Source: Schmidtea nova
Lineage: Eukaryota
DNA length: 64,000 nt
Reading direction: 5' to 3'
NCBI GenBank assembly: GCA_044892505.1
Contig: CM097882.1
Location: forward strand, 68,882,001 to 68,946,000
Shown: piece after piece, positions 1-13,418 of the stretch
Position numbering within the stretch: position 1 is the stretch's first letter
Layout of the letters: each line of letters opens with the position of its first letter
The notes under the pieces: model-generated
Database searches by the model: none
What the model saw: only the letters and a program-made list of their open reading frames with translations
Told to the model about the DNA's origin: nothing
Position numbers and translations under genes: made by a program

Positions 1-600
1 AATTGTCGTTGTTTTTTTGAATCTGCACAGTCTTTTGTATTTCCGTCTTTCAGCGATGCATTAATAAAATCTCTTATTGTCCGGAATTGTCTTTCGATTA
101 TACCATTCGTATTATGATGATATGGACTCGAATGCACTATTTATATCCCTGCTTTCTTGCTTATATTCTTTATGCTATCCGCTTTGAATGTTTTCCCGCA
201 ATCTAAATGTAGTTCCTTTGGTGCCCCAAGTTTTGGAATCCAGTTGTTTAACAAAATCTTCTCAATTGCTTCTTCATCCTGTTTATTAATCGCTGTTAGT
301 GAAATGTATTTTTTTCTGTAATGGTCAATTATTGTTCAAATGTATCTATTCCTGTTAAATGTTTCTTTCATTGGGCGACAGATGTCCATCTATATTTTCT
401 CGAAAGGTTCTGATGCTTCAAGTACTTTTGATTTCTCTTTCATCTTTGTAGTTACAACTTTAACTTTTTGGCACGATTCGCAATTTGATATTGCTGTTTT
501 TACCTCATTTATTAGATCTCTATCAAAATTGTTTTGTATGTATTTGATAACTTTAGCCTAAGAAGATCATTGAAATATCACTAAATGTATCTCAAGTTCA
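1..600 (-). pseudogene. Ty3/Gypsy integrase remnant (zinc-binding + rve core), runs off the window start
   Basis: Manual minus-strand translation: ISNCESCQK...EPFEKI*MDICRP...WIPKLGAPKELHLDCGKTF...GI*IVHSSPYHHNTNGIIERQFRTI; several in-frame stops (e.g. TAA at 141-143). Confidence 0.85.
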
Positions 601-862
601 TCAGTCAAGTATATTTGTATTTTAATTATTATTCTATTTAATTAATTTTATTTATTAACTATATATTTTTATTTACTTTATATTTATTTATTATTTTTGT
701 AATTAATGTTATAATTAATTAATTTCTATTTATTAGTATCAAATATTCTTTTCAAACAGTAACTAATTCTATTTTTAATATTGCAAACAAATAAATTTTA
801 TTTGATAAATTTACTAATAATAATTTATTAAGTTCATAAATCATTACAATCAAAATGCTACT

Positions 863-1071
863 TTGAAGAAATTAAAAAATTCAAAATAATATAAAATAAA
901 TAAATTATGAAATTATACGATTATATAGTATTATGTTATAATTATGTGTGCGCAAAGGAAACTGTTGAGCCCAGCCGAGTCACCGGTAAAGGTGTATCGG
1001 GACCGCTGGGGTGCTTGTTGTGTTTTATTCGTGTGCGCTTGTGTATGTAATTATAGTATTTACAAATAACA
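863..1071 (-). mobile_element. Diverged LTR-like segment related to the LTRs at 32680-32875 and 62819-63039
   Basis: Shares the GAGCCC...GAGTCACCG...GGGAC...GGGGTG hairpin block (970-1010). Minus strand starts TGTTATTTG at 1071; the left boundary is approximate. Confidence 0.45.
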
Positions 1072-1559
1072 AATAGAAAGATTTGTGCAAGAACTTTTAT
1101 TCAAACAAACGGTTAAAAAAAGAAAACACGAAAGAACCTCTACTCACGAATATTAGGATTATGCATAAAATTCATAGAACCGTTATTTATTATTTTCTTA
1201 GGAATTGCTTCGTAATTTAATTTTCAAATTCAATATTCTCCAATTTCTTTTTTAACTTCTTTAATTTCTGCAGTTTTTGATTGTTTCTCTTGTAAATTAT
1301 TTAATCTTTGCTATTGTAATTTGTTCTTTTGTCTCTATAGATAATCATATTTCATAGTTATTTATTTTTTTTGAATTTGAAAACTTATTTTAATTTTTTA
1401 TAAATTTTGATTTTTAATAATTGTTAATTATAATCACATACAAGAATTCATGCACGCACACAACAATACACTAACAACAAACAGGGGCATCATGTGCCCG
1501 TAAGAGGAAAACACGTAATAAAAATCATAATAAAAATAACAATAATTTAACCTTAACAA

Positions 1560-2760
1560 TGACCATATAAGTAGTTTCCATTAGAATTAGACCAATATCT
1601 TTTATCAACAAGACACTTGAAACCTCATTTTTCTAATTTAAAAGTAAACAATTGATGGTTGATACTTCCTATTCTCTTTTGCGAGATGCTGTTCAACTAT
1701 CAGTAGGCTTCATGTGTAATATAAAAACTTTTAAAACTTATATTTCGTTTATATTCTTTTGCTCTCATTTGAGTATTGTATTTAATTTTTCCTTTGAAAA
1801 TAGCTACGTGTTTAAACTCTGCAACATAATCGTCTTTTAATACTATTCCACCATAGCTCAAACAGTCCGACAAAACTTTACTGTTAACCACGTAATTGGA
1901 ATTTAGTTCATGGGTTAATAACAATTTCTCAAATTTACTGCCAGGTGAACAGAAAAGCTATGAGCAAGTCATCTGTATATTGTAGGGAATGATGATGTCT
2001 AGCCCCAGAACATAATTCCGATCTCCATCAAACTCATCTTCATTTATACATCATTCAACAATATTATCCATTTCAAGGCTGATCATTATTCAATCTAAAC
2101 TCGCCATTGGTAAGTTTTTGAAATAGAGCCCATCTGTATAAATTATTTACGTCTTTGTATGATATTTAAGTTGACTCGTCCGCTTTAGTATGATGTTTGT
2201 TGATAAATGTTATTCCATCAAAAGATATCCAAAGTTATCCAAAGCTAAGAATCTTGAATAAGTTCTATCGATTCAGGTGACTGTTTAGGAGCTTATGCCA
2301 AACTCAATCCAAGTATGTAAACAAAGGAAAAAGCCTCAGGCTCATCTTCCATAAACGATTCTTTTTTCTGAAAGCCTCAAACACATCATCCAGCAGAAAA
2401 CATCCAATCTGAGAAGTACTAACACATACTCTAGCAATGTTTCACAGTTGTATTATTGGCATATTTGTTTGTGTGTGTGTAATCCAGTTGATTAACCCTT
2501 GACCCCTTTTAAATAATATTTTATAGCTCTTTCTATATTACGAGGTATGTCATCATAATGTAATACAGCCAGTATGCTTTATAAAAAGCAGAATTAATCC
2601 TTGTTATGCAAATTAACTAGAGCCTTAAAATTGTTTAGATATTGTGGCATTTTAATCTAACTTGATCCTGAATAAATAGCTTAAATTATATAAGATAATG
2701 TCTAGGAAACTTACATGACACATGCATAATGTCAGATACTTTAGTTACAATCATTGAAAC
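1560..2760 (-). pseudogene. Highly decayed protein-primed DNA polymerase B (Polinton-type) fragment
   Basis: Minus-strand pieces CETLLEYVLVLLRLDVFLLDDVFEAFRKK, LLTHELNSNYVV, KYNTQMRAKEYK..SFKSFY and IGLILMETTYM are collinear with the pPolB at 41-44 kb; many stops and frameshifts. Confidence 0.7.
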
Positions 2761-5013
2761 CTCGAATATCCTATGGACTCTTCACCCTTTACTTTGGGTG
2801 TATTTCTCTAATTTTCTTTTAAAATTTCTATATCATTCTCAATAAACGAAAGACATTGGTACTGTTTTATTTGACAGACATTATTTCTTTAGTTCACCAT
2901 CTTCTTGGAAAAATTCAGCACAAAGTCTGGAACAACAATGTCAGGTGAATTATTTGATGATACATTACTCAAAAATTCAACGCAAATACCATTTAAACCA
3001 GACTCATGACCTGATAAAATTAAGAGTTTCACACCCAAGATATAGGCCTTGGATTCGAGGTGCCAGATTTTTGTTTACCTTTATTTTAAATTAATACTAA
3101 AAGAATTAAATAATATTAAAAGCTCACTTGGAGTATATTCTTCAATCTTCTTGGGATTGTGAGGTGTATTCAACTTTGATAGTACAATAAAGTTAATCGT
3201 TGTTTATAATAGAAATAGTCCTACTCTTAACAATCATACTTCTATTTTTCACGGAATTGTCTGATATGGTTTCCACATTGTCGTACAAATATTAAACAAT
3301 TTCCTGATGTTATAATGAGACATTCCAGTCATGCATAATCTGACAAACTAAAACCATTAGTCTTGAAATATAACGCTGTAACCGATTCTGACTTGTTAAC
3401 ATCTTCATGATTTTCAGCAACACAAAATTTATAGGAACTGCATCCATTCACTAAATAATAAATAAAATTGAGAACAGAATAGGTACTTGTTATAGTTTTT
3501 TAAATTAAAAGTTTAAATAATAATCAATTTAAAGAAAAAGAAAAGATTTTTGTTTATAAAAAATAATTTACACACAATGAATTTTCAACCAATCAGATTC
3601 AAGAAAAATATATTACGTTGCCGTATTTAAAAATTTTTAAAAGCATTTTGATACTCAAGTTCAATGAAGGTATTTGACGTTAAGGTATCTAAAAATCATA
3701 AATTTAATTACAAATGTAATTAATGACCATAACTTTATTGAAAACCAACAAAGATTTAATATTAAAATGCGTTCAACATTCGAGAGATTTATTCAAAATA
3801 TATATCATAATCAACAATAATTATTAAAATATATTCAACTGTTGAAAGTTTAATATGCTAAATAATTTGATATGCATTAATTTCAGTTTAAAAAGCAATA
3901 AATAATGAAATTTATTTATAACAAAAAATCCAATACTCAAAAAATTTATTAAATTTTAGTTCACACAAACAATTCTCATTAAAACGTAGTCATATGATAA
4001 AATTTAATTAAAATGTATTCCTAACACTAATCTTTTTCAGAACTATATTCAACGGTTAAAATTAATTCAATATCTAATAATCTTTATTAAAAATGTATTG
4101 AATGACCAAAAATTATTAACATATTAGTCAAAATGATATATTTTGTACCCAAAATATTCTAACAAATAATATTTCCAAAAAATTCATTCAGTTCCCAATA
4201 TTTCTATACAAAGTATTCAAAGTCACCATAATTTATTCAAAAATAATAAATAAATAATGTAAATTAAATTAAATTAAAGAAATAAATTACTACATAAAAT
4301 TATAATATATTATATTGTTGGTGTGAGAGTCATTAAAAATTATTGTAACTAGGAATTAATGTAACCAACACACTTTCTTAAAACTGATAAATTCCATTAC
4401 CCATGAATTCATATTTACTCATTGGTAATCTATGTTGGTAATGTACACAAGGGTGCGAGAATTCAATGAGTAGGTGAGCTTTGTTGCCAAAACTACTCAT
4501 TGTGTTCTCTTCCGGGTTCTTGCTGCCCATAGAAATTAAAGTAAAAATTTAATTATTACTTCATCGATTACTTAATAAAAAGAATAGATGAGTCATTAAC
4601 GATGTTACAATATAATTACCTTCCCAGGGGTTTCTTGATTTCGATTTATCATGACATCAGTGATTATATAATTTCTTTTGTTCTCTAGTCAACACTTCTC
4701 CATATTAATCTGTTTTTTCTAAAGCAAGTTTTGACCCTTTATTTAGACTTGATCGGGTTTTCAGTGTAACAGATTTGGTGTCCTCACTATATAATACTAA
4801 TTGAACACCCAAAAATACGTTTCCTGAGAATTCGATCTCTTGTTTTTACGCCTATGATTAAACTCCAATTACACAGTCAAAATCTTTTTTTCCAAACTTT
4901 GTTATGAATTTTACTTTTTCATAATGATAAATCTGCATATTATTTTACCATATTTGTTTGTTTAATATATTTTTAATTTCTTGCACTTAAAGGCAGTAAG
5001 TTTACAAAAGCTA

Positions 5014-5020
<7 letters not shown>

Positions 5021-5080
<60 letters not shown>
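5021..5080. repeat. (TA)n microsatellite
   Basis: Direct reading. Confidence 0.95.
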
Positions 5081-5084
<4 letters not shown>

Positions 5085-5484
5085 AGTTTAGCTTCCGTTT
5101 TAAGCTGCAAAAATGAGACGAGTGACATGAATGTTATGGGAGCAGCCGTATCTCAGTGCTCCCATATGTTCATAAGAACGCATTTTAAAGATTTTTATGC
5201 ACCTGTTATTTTTATCAAGGCTTTTGTTTTCTGCAAAAAAACCATATCATTCTAATTTTTGTTTATCTTTTACATACGAACAAAAAATGTATCACCAGCT
5301 TTATATAAGTTTGAATCCATATAACATGCCGATACATACTTTACTATCAGAGGATTTATTATATGTATTTGGACTTCAATTCCTCTTGTTCCAAATAAAA
5401 TTGTAAATTTTTAAAATGAATCGAAGGTCTTGAAATTCAACAATTCAACATATGCAACGGAATTTCATGATATTTTTTACAAAA

Positions 5485-5487
<3 letters not shown>

Positions 5488-5529
<42 letters not shown>
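5488..5529. repeat. (TA)n microsatellite
   Basis: Direct reading. Confidence 0.95.
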
Positions 5530-5534
<5 letters not shown>

Positions 5535-8126
5535 GAAAGAAAATAAGCTAACTGTTGAAATCAAATATAGCACAAAAAATTCAATACCAAAAAAAGTCTA
5601 TTTAATTCACAAAATCTTGATTAATACTTATCCTTCTTTCATATATGTGAAAGATTTCTCCCAGAAATTGTTCATGGTAATTAATTAAATCATCAAGAAA
5701 TAGAAGAAGGCAAAAGAATTTCTTATGTTAAACACAATAATTCAAAAAGTATTTCTCTAATATTCTCAGAAATATTTTTAATTGAATATTCCATTATTTA
5801 TTTATCTATTATTAGCATTAATTCATTATTTTATTTTCCCTCTAGATTTTCAATTAGTATATTCGTTTCGTTGTTTTTATCTTATATCCACTAATAATTT
5901 TTCTTTTAATGAAAATAGATTTATATTAGCTATGATATCTAATTAAAAAAATGTGTATAAGAGATTATATAATGGATTTCTTTGGAAGTCATTTAACATG
6001 GTCATCAACAAATTGTAATATGATTGTTTAGTTTNNNNNNNNNNNNNNNNNNNNNNNNNNNNNNNNNNNNNNNNNNNNNNNNNNNNNNNNNNNNNNNNNN
6101 NNNNNNNNNNNNNNNNNNNNNNNNNNNNNNNNNNNNNNNNNNNNNNNNNNNNNNNNNNNNNNNNNNNNNNNNNNNNNNNNNNNNNNNNNNNNNNNNNNNN
6201 NNNNNNNNNNNNNNNNNNNNNNNNNNNNNNNNNNNNNNNNNNNNNNNNNNNNNNNNNNNNNNNNNNNNNNNNNNNNNNNNNNNNNNNNNNNNNNNNNNNN
6301 NNNNNNNNNNNNNNNNNNNNNNNNNNNNNNNNNNNNNNNNNNNNNNNNNNNNNNNNNNNNNNNNNNNNNNNNNNNNNNNNNNNNNNNNNNNNNNNNNNNN
6401 NNNNNNNNNNNNNNNNNNNNNNNNNNNNNNNNNNNNNNNNNNNNNNNNNNNNNNNNNNNNNNNNNNNNNNNNNNNNNNAGAACTTTTCCAACACAGGACC
6501 CTTAAGAAAAGTGGAAAAACATAAGCCCTTAAAACGTTAGTGACAAAAGCAATTCAAACAATGAGATTATATCTAAATTAGGAATGGAAAAAGTTTTCTT
6601 TAAACGAAAGTTCTTAAATAAGAAAATTCGTAACAAATTTAAAAAAAATAAATTTTATTGTATTTAAAACTTTTATCAGAAGGCACAACAGTTAAATCAT
6701 AAAGTATTATAATGTCTCAACTGCTCTCTGTATAATACATGATTATGAGCTAGTCGTAATTGTTACAAAAAAAACAATTTGGTTCCTACAATTAGAAAGA
6801 GAATTTGGTTAAAAACAATCCATGTTGCAAATAGGTTAGAAATTCGAATTCAAATTTAAAACAAAGTCTAATTTTAATTATTATATTTCATTAAATACAC
6901 TTATGTTAAAGAAAAATAAAAAAATACAAAAACACACACAATAGTGCATAATCGCCATGTTTTCTAATTTACACATTTCTATACGATGTTTTCATAACAA
7001 TGACGTAATAGTGCATTTTATGTGAAACCGGGTGATTATATAACACACACCTACCAGTACAATAAGGTCATAATTGCGTAATAATTAAAACAAAAAATTA
7101 ATCCATTAAAACAAAAATCATTTAATTTAAAGAAAAATACTTATTACATAATAATAAAATAAGGCAGACAGTAGGAAACCCAATGATTATGTAATCAATA
7201 TACACCGTGTAAACCCCGCTGATTACATATTACACTGAGTAGGGTATTTAGATCAGAAAACTTATATCTTAATTATTAAATCATAATTATAAAGCAATTA
7301 ATAGAGAAGAATGAAAGAAACAGTTACTAAATGTCGGGATTTTCGATAAATAGGCTAAAAGTTTAAAGTTTAACCAAAAACCATTAACGAGGATCAGCTT
7401 ACCATATATACAAGTTCACTGTCCATCCATCCAATATTTATAATTCTAATCCTGAGATCGAAATATTGCAGCAAAATAAACATTGTGGAGAAAGGATAAC
7501 CACTTTTGACTTTTTAATAATAAAAATATAATTATTATTAACAATAATAATAAATATAATTAATTATCTTTAGTAAATTAAATGCAAATTCTCTTATTAT
7601 GGGCAAATGAAATTATTATAAAAAATGATTTTTGAAAATATTCTGGAAGCTTCGAACAGAACTAAATATTCTATTTGTTGAAAGTTCATTATCATTTAAA
7701 TAAATTCATTATTAAAATAAAATATTTAAAAATATTACTGTTTTAAAAAATTATTTTAAAAAATTTTCAAATTCACATAATTATATTTAATTTCAAAAAT
7801 TAAAAAACACTGCTATATATTTAAAATATCTCAAAGAACATAAAAACTATTAAAAATTACAGATGGTTTTTATCCTTTTTTACTATGATTTCATACAATT
7901 TTCAAATTGTATTTTAAATTTCCATTTAAGATTACACAAAATTCCATGAATTTGCAAAACAATATTGCAATATTGACTTATAGAAAAATTAAATAATTGT
8001 AATTGAATTAAATAATTATAATTAAATTATATATTAGTGGGACAGATAAATATTCGGACAGACAGTCGCATTTTATACGTACGTGATTATTCTGTCATTA
8101 ATAATAATAAGTATAATCATATATAA

Positions 8127-9210
8127 TTATAATAAACAAAAATATTTGAAATAATTTTTGAATGAAATTGCTTTATATATACTGATTCGAACCACTTTGA
8201 ATACATCTTTATTGTTAATAACATTTATAGAAGTGATCAACTCGAGTTTGTCATCATTAAATTGTCGTTTGAAATGAACACCACGTAAAAGAAAAGAAAG
8301 AGGCTCTCTGAGATTTGTTTGGCTATTGGTTTGAGACCCAGAAAACCAGCGCGCTTCAGGGATTTGGATGTCGTTATTGAGCTTAAATATCAAACTTTGC
8401 TCTGAAGACAAACTCCAATACGAGAAGATGAGTTCGACAATATACTGCTAAGCGACCGGCAAACTATCCAAAGAAAAGGTTTCAGTTCCAGATTGCTGTA
8501 GAATATAGAATTTAGATGCTATCATTTGATAAGTTGCATGAATGTCATCATATTTTATTGGAAATCGAACAAATCCTTTCTCGTTTAATGTCAATAATGG
8601 CTCATTTCTGTCTAATATTTCGCCTCTCCCAACTTCCCAAAATTTCATCTATAATTCTGGAATGTTGAGCCCACATTGATTTGGATAATACCTTTTATTG
8701 CATCTCAAACAGTTCGGTTGATCACAATATTCACAATGAAATATCACATTATCGTTTTCAACAACTTTCATCATTGGACAATTTGATGTTAAGCATTTTC
8801 TAGCTTTAGGATTGGAATGATTTATACATATCTGTTCATAAAGTTTCGTATCGATATTCGATAAGCGTTTTCTATTTATTTGGTCAGGTATACACTCTAC
8901 AAATTGGACACTTAATTTTGCAATTAATAATACTTTCTACGTAATTACATAAACATTGATGGCAAAACACATGATAACACCTTTTTAAAGAGAAGCTATT
9001 TGCAGAAGGCATAATATTCCCACACTTCATACATTTATATTCACTCATCGTATTGTTTTTGAAATCAAATCCAACAAATTCAAATATGTCTAAACTCAGG
9101 AAATCAAAATTAATTATCAAACTCATACAAAGATCCGCATGATATTGCATCCCTGAATTTATTTCATCCAAAATTAGCATATAAACTACATAATAAAATG
9201 ACAAATTCAA
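8127..9210 (-). pseudogene. Intronless RING-IBR (RBR-like) E3 ubiquitin ligase pseudogene with an unassigned C-terminal domain
   Basis: RING-HC CMKC...CYHVFCHQC...CPIC (likely start MSEYKC at 9048). After a frameshift near 8890: IBR-like CLTSNC...FHCEYCDQPNCLRC...QC, then about 170 further codons with TAG stops at 8649-8651 and 8448-8450. Confidence 0.7.
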
Positions 9211-9890
9211 TTATAATCCATATATTCTTTTCTTCCAAATATTACTAAGCAAAATTACCAAATTTAAATCTTTTACCCAAATCTATTTTACAAAACGATT
9301 ATTTAAACACAGAATCAAATTTTTTACTTTATAAAAATTATCTAATTTACAAATTTTCAAAAATTTACAAAAACCAATTTACAAAAAACCAATTTACACA
9401 AAACATCCAAAAACTGCCCGAAACATATACTTATATATATATACTTTAACTAAACTAATCAGAGAAAGTATACACGAATAAATTTATGAATACTTCCACT
9501 AGTTAGTGTATTCACCTTCTACTGTAGATTAGTTAAAGTATTTCAATGGTTTGTTATTATCTACCGCTTATATAATAGATAGTTTTACAATTAATTACTT
9601 AATTTTTATTAAATTAATTTATTATTTACTAATAAATTAGTGTTTTTTCATAATCTTTTCATAAATTTCGCAAGAGTTCCATTTGCAGTAGACAAAACTA
9701 TCACAAGTCTTTAAAATTTTGAGGTTAGAATCATTCAACTAATACCATCCCTAATGCGAATCAGTGGTTGTATACACTCATTAGTTAATGAATGCATTGA
9801 CTAGATACAGTATATATCAATCGAAATAATGTATACTTTCACTAAAACAACAAGTAAAAGCATACATCAACTAGTTAGTGTATACACTTA

Positions 9891-10037
9891 CACCACACAC
9901 AACAGTGATAACAGTGAGTCATGTTAATGAAGGATTGTCACTTTCTTAGAATATGACTACTCACACCAGACACACAATAGTGATAACAGTGAGTCATGTT
10001 AATGAAAGATTGTCATTTTCATAAAATATGGCTACTC
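9891..10037 (+). repeat. Two tandem copies of a ~73-bp unit at the 5' end of the Tc1 remnant
   Basis: cacca..cacacaa(c/t)agtgataacagtgagtcatgttaatgaa(g/a)gattgtca... starts at 9891 and again at 9964. Confidence 0.85.
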
Positions 10038-11035
10038 TGAGGGAGCTTACAGACTTACAGAAAGGCATTATTTACGGATGTTACCCTTGTGGAAAAAGTC
10101 AGATTGAAACTGCTGCATTGACTGGCCATCCCAAAAGAACTATTGATTACTTCCTGAGAAAGTGCCGCCAGGAGCAGACATATGTCAACAAGCAACGTTA
10201 AGGCCGCCCTAAACATCTGAGCATCCGTATACAACGGCAGCTGAAACGACTTGTGGTGGCTCATCGTCAGTTCCTCCTGTCCAAGTTAGTGTCCACATTT
10301 AACACTGGTCATGTGAATGCCAGCATGTCCACCATTCGTCGCGCATTACATTTTCATGGTTTCTATGGCAAATACTGCGCAATGAAGCCTTTGATTACAG
10401 AAACAATTAGTCGTCATCGCTTGAAGTGCTGCCGGGAGAGAAGGAGTTGGACAGGAGAACAATGGCGTTCAGTCATTTGGAGTGATAAATCACGTTTCAC
10501 TCTTTTCAAATCTCATAGACAGCAATCCTGCTGACGTCGTGTGGAAAACGATTTTACCCTGACCGCATTCAGTCATTTGTGAAATATGGAGAAGGATCCA
10601 TCATGTTTTAGAGTCTTTTCTCAGCTCGTGGAATTGCCCCTCTAGTGAAGTGTAGCAAGCACATGACGTCAGTTGAATACCGTCTCATTCTGGAAAATGA
10701 GCTTGTTCTCTTTCTCCCAGAAATAGAGGGGCTCATTTTCCAATAGGATAAGGCACGAATCCATACTTAGCACATTATGAAGGAATTCTTTCTGCAGCAC
10801 AGCATCAACGTTTTGGATTGGGTTTCACAAAGCCCTGATCTCAATCTTATTGAGTTTCTGTGGGACGTCCTTGTAGACGAGTTCGCAAAAGGATTCCAAT
10901 TGCCAATAACGCCTCCGAACTGGAAACGCATTTGCACGAGGAATGGTCACACATCTACACTGATTTCCTGGCAAAAGTGATCAATACAATGCCTAAATGA
11001 GTGCGCCTTGTTATCCAGATGAAAGGACTTGTCAT
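10028..11035 (+). pseudogene. Tc1/mariner (Tc1-like) transposase pseudogene
   Basis: MATLRELTDLQKGII...*GRPKHLS (HTH region), WRSVIWSDKSRF (first catalytic D), WVSQSPDLNLIEFLWDVL (C-terminal DDE motif); several stops and frameshifts. Confidence 0.9.
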
Positions 11036-11458
11036 ATTTGTTGCGGCAATTTTCGTCCAAATAAGCTCGAACAATTTCCTTTCTTTGACAATTGTCTAAC
11101 CTAATAATTGAAAAATATGATTCGATCTTCTCAATAAAATCTTCCAAATCATCTCCAATTAAATATATTTTCGGCTGTGGGAGAATCCGTAATAATTCCT
11201 GAGTTGAAAGCCTGGTCGCCATGTAAAGAATACGAATAACTTTTGAAATTCTGAAACTTTATTTAAGAAATCTTGGTACTATTTATAGTACCCGGTGTGC
11301 CAACACCAGCACAATCAGCTATAGCTTCTTGGGAAATAATAGGCAATGATGTCAAATGAAGACTCAGTCAATCAAGCATAATCAATCACACATACAGGCA
11401 ATACACAATATATAATAAGGGTTAGGGATATCAAATACCCCATTATAATTACATCACA
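11030..11458 (-). mobile_element. 5' fragment of a Ty3/Gypsy element: LTR (11222-11458), PBS (11211-11221) and start of gag
   Basis: Minus strand begins TGTGATGTAATT at 11458, contains TATAAATA and AATAAA, and ends TTTACA directly before TGGCGACCAGG (PBS-like). The following ORF ...PQPKIYLIGDDLEDFIEKIESYF... resembles a gag N-terminus and is truncated against the Tc1 3' end. Confidence 0.7.
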
Positions 11459-11944
11459 GTATTTAAGAACATTTTCTGTGAATGTTTACTGTTTTCTAAA
11501 ATTAATGATGCTTCTAATCAGATGTGTAAATACTTAGAATTATTAATATTAATTAAAAAAAAGATTAATAATCGTAAATCATAAATTTATTTTTGAAAAA
11601 TATTGTTTTAAAAATTGCAATTTTATTAAATTTCTGTAAATATATTTAAACAAATGGTGTACTAGGAATATATGGTATTCTACTTTTTTTGTAACTTCAA
11701 CTGTTCAAAAACATGAAATTACAAAAATAAAATATCACAAATTGTGAATTGTTCTTATCAAATGTGTATATACACATTAAATATCTTACAAACTGTGCGT
11801 ATGAGTAACTGATATAATCCCTATATTACCATAATGCAAACACAGATAAAGTTTGTAATGGCATTATGTGATGACGAGTAATCCAATAGAATCTATACAA
11901 GATTTATTCAGAGCAATAACAAAAATCATGATATTCAATGTGAC

Positions 11945-12030
11945 TTGGTGGCGAAGTGGTTAGAATCTTGGGTCTGGTCATAAAGTCATTGGGTTGGATT
12001 CGGTTAGGTACTGATGAGAGCCAAATAGGT
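11945..12030 (+). ncRNA. tRNA-derived SINE-like head followed by a truncated hammerhead ribozyme core
   Basis: Pol III A-box TGGCGAAGTGG (11949-11959), imperfect B-box GGTTGGATTCG (11992-12002), then CTGATGAG-AGCC-AAATA-GGT (12011-12030). The GAAA/stem III half is missing. Confidence 0.45.
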
Positions 12031-12719
12031 ATTTACAATTAGAAAAGAAAATATTGAATATCACATTAAAAACTTTCTTATAACCAAAATATTTAAATAT
12101 ATTTATCAAAGTAAAAAAATTTAACGAATCCTTAGTATTTTCAATACCATTATTTATTAAAAAATTGAGACTAAGAAAAAGATTTGTATTATGATGAATT
12201 TACTGAGTTCTTTTTTTAACATAATTACATAAACCACTTATTAGGGAACCACTCATTTTGAGAACTGTCAAAACTTTGATTTCTCTATTTTGTTAACAAT
12301 TATTTTATTGGTGTAAAACAATTTAGTAATAATTCCATTCAATTTTTCTCAAAGTACCCGAAAAATTATGAATTTTTGACTAATAAGATTGTTATTTTTT
12401 AGATTCAATTAAATATTTTAATTAAAAAGTTAGTAACTATTTTTTTTCTTTATTTTTTCTATTAAGACCTTTTACGTATATCAAGCATTATTTTACGTTA
12501 TTTAGTTTTCAAAAACTAAATATAAAATAAAATTTTGTTTTTTATATGACAAATTCAAAAAAGCTCTTTTTCTAACCACTTCTCTGTCGGGTGTTTCTCC
12601 AAAAATTACTTCGAAAATAACACCTTTTTATCTTAAGGTTTACGTTTATTTAAGTTATATAAAATGACAAAATACATATATTTTTCAAAATAAGCTTTCT
12701 CATTGTACAATTTCAAGCA

Positions 12720-13418
12720 GAAAGCCGCAGAAAATCCTGTCACATTTTGCACAAAATTTCTGCACAACTTTCCCGTCGAATCATTTTATTGTTTTTGTCT
12801 TTATGAGAACAAAATATTGCACATTGTCTTCTTGGATTCTTTTATTTAGTTTCTGGCATTATTTCTGGAAAATATCTCCCAGCTAATCCCCAAGGGATGC
12901 GGTTGATTACCTGGACTACCTTGGATAGAAAATTCTATCAAGTGGTATTGTCAATAACTTCCGATCTAAACGGCAAATAGGTTTGCTTCCACTTTCTATT
13001 ATTAAAAAAATAAAGGAATTTCACAATGCGGTTTCAACAGATGACAAAATAATTTTTTTCCACATTTAAGTGGTATTGGATAATCAGTTAAATGTTGGGC
13101 AGCTTATAAACACCGCCCATAGTTACATTGTTGTCTGCGACTAGTTGTAGAATATTTTTACCTTTCCTTGTTTTGGAACTTCTGTGATGGTAGCATTATG
13201 AATTGTTGATATTAAAGATACATCTCTTTTATCTCGTCAACGCATTGCCATTAATTTATCTCTTTAGAATGCAGAATTGTTTTAAAATTATTAAATTGTT
13301 TCTATTTTGTTAAATAAATTTTTTAATAGTTTTTTTTTTAAAAATTCTGGAAATTTTATCCTATTTTTAGCCAATATTATATATAGGGTCGGTTAAATCC
13401 AACATTATTAATCAAGGG
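12720..13418 (-). mobile_element. Internally deleted piggyBac transposase remnant with a candidate TTAA/CCCTT end
   Basis: Minus-strand RDKRDVSLISTIH...TMGGV...WKKLFCHLL and Cys-rich tail LAGRYFPEIMP...RRQCAIFC...CAKCDRIFC; AAGGG|TTAA at 13414-13422. Confidence 0.7.

Noticed and set aside
4464-4502. 10-bp inverted repeat CAATGAGTAG/CTACTCATTG
   Set aside because: Short, single, long loop; no associated feature to support a function.
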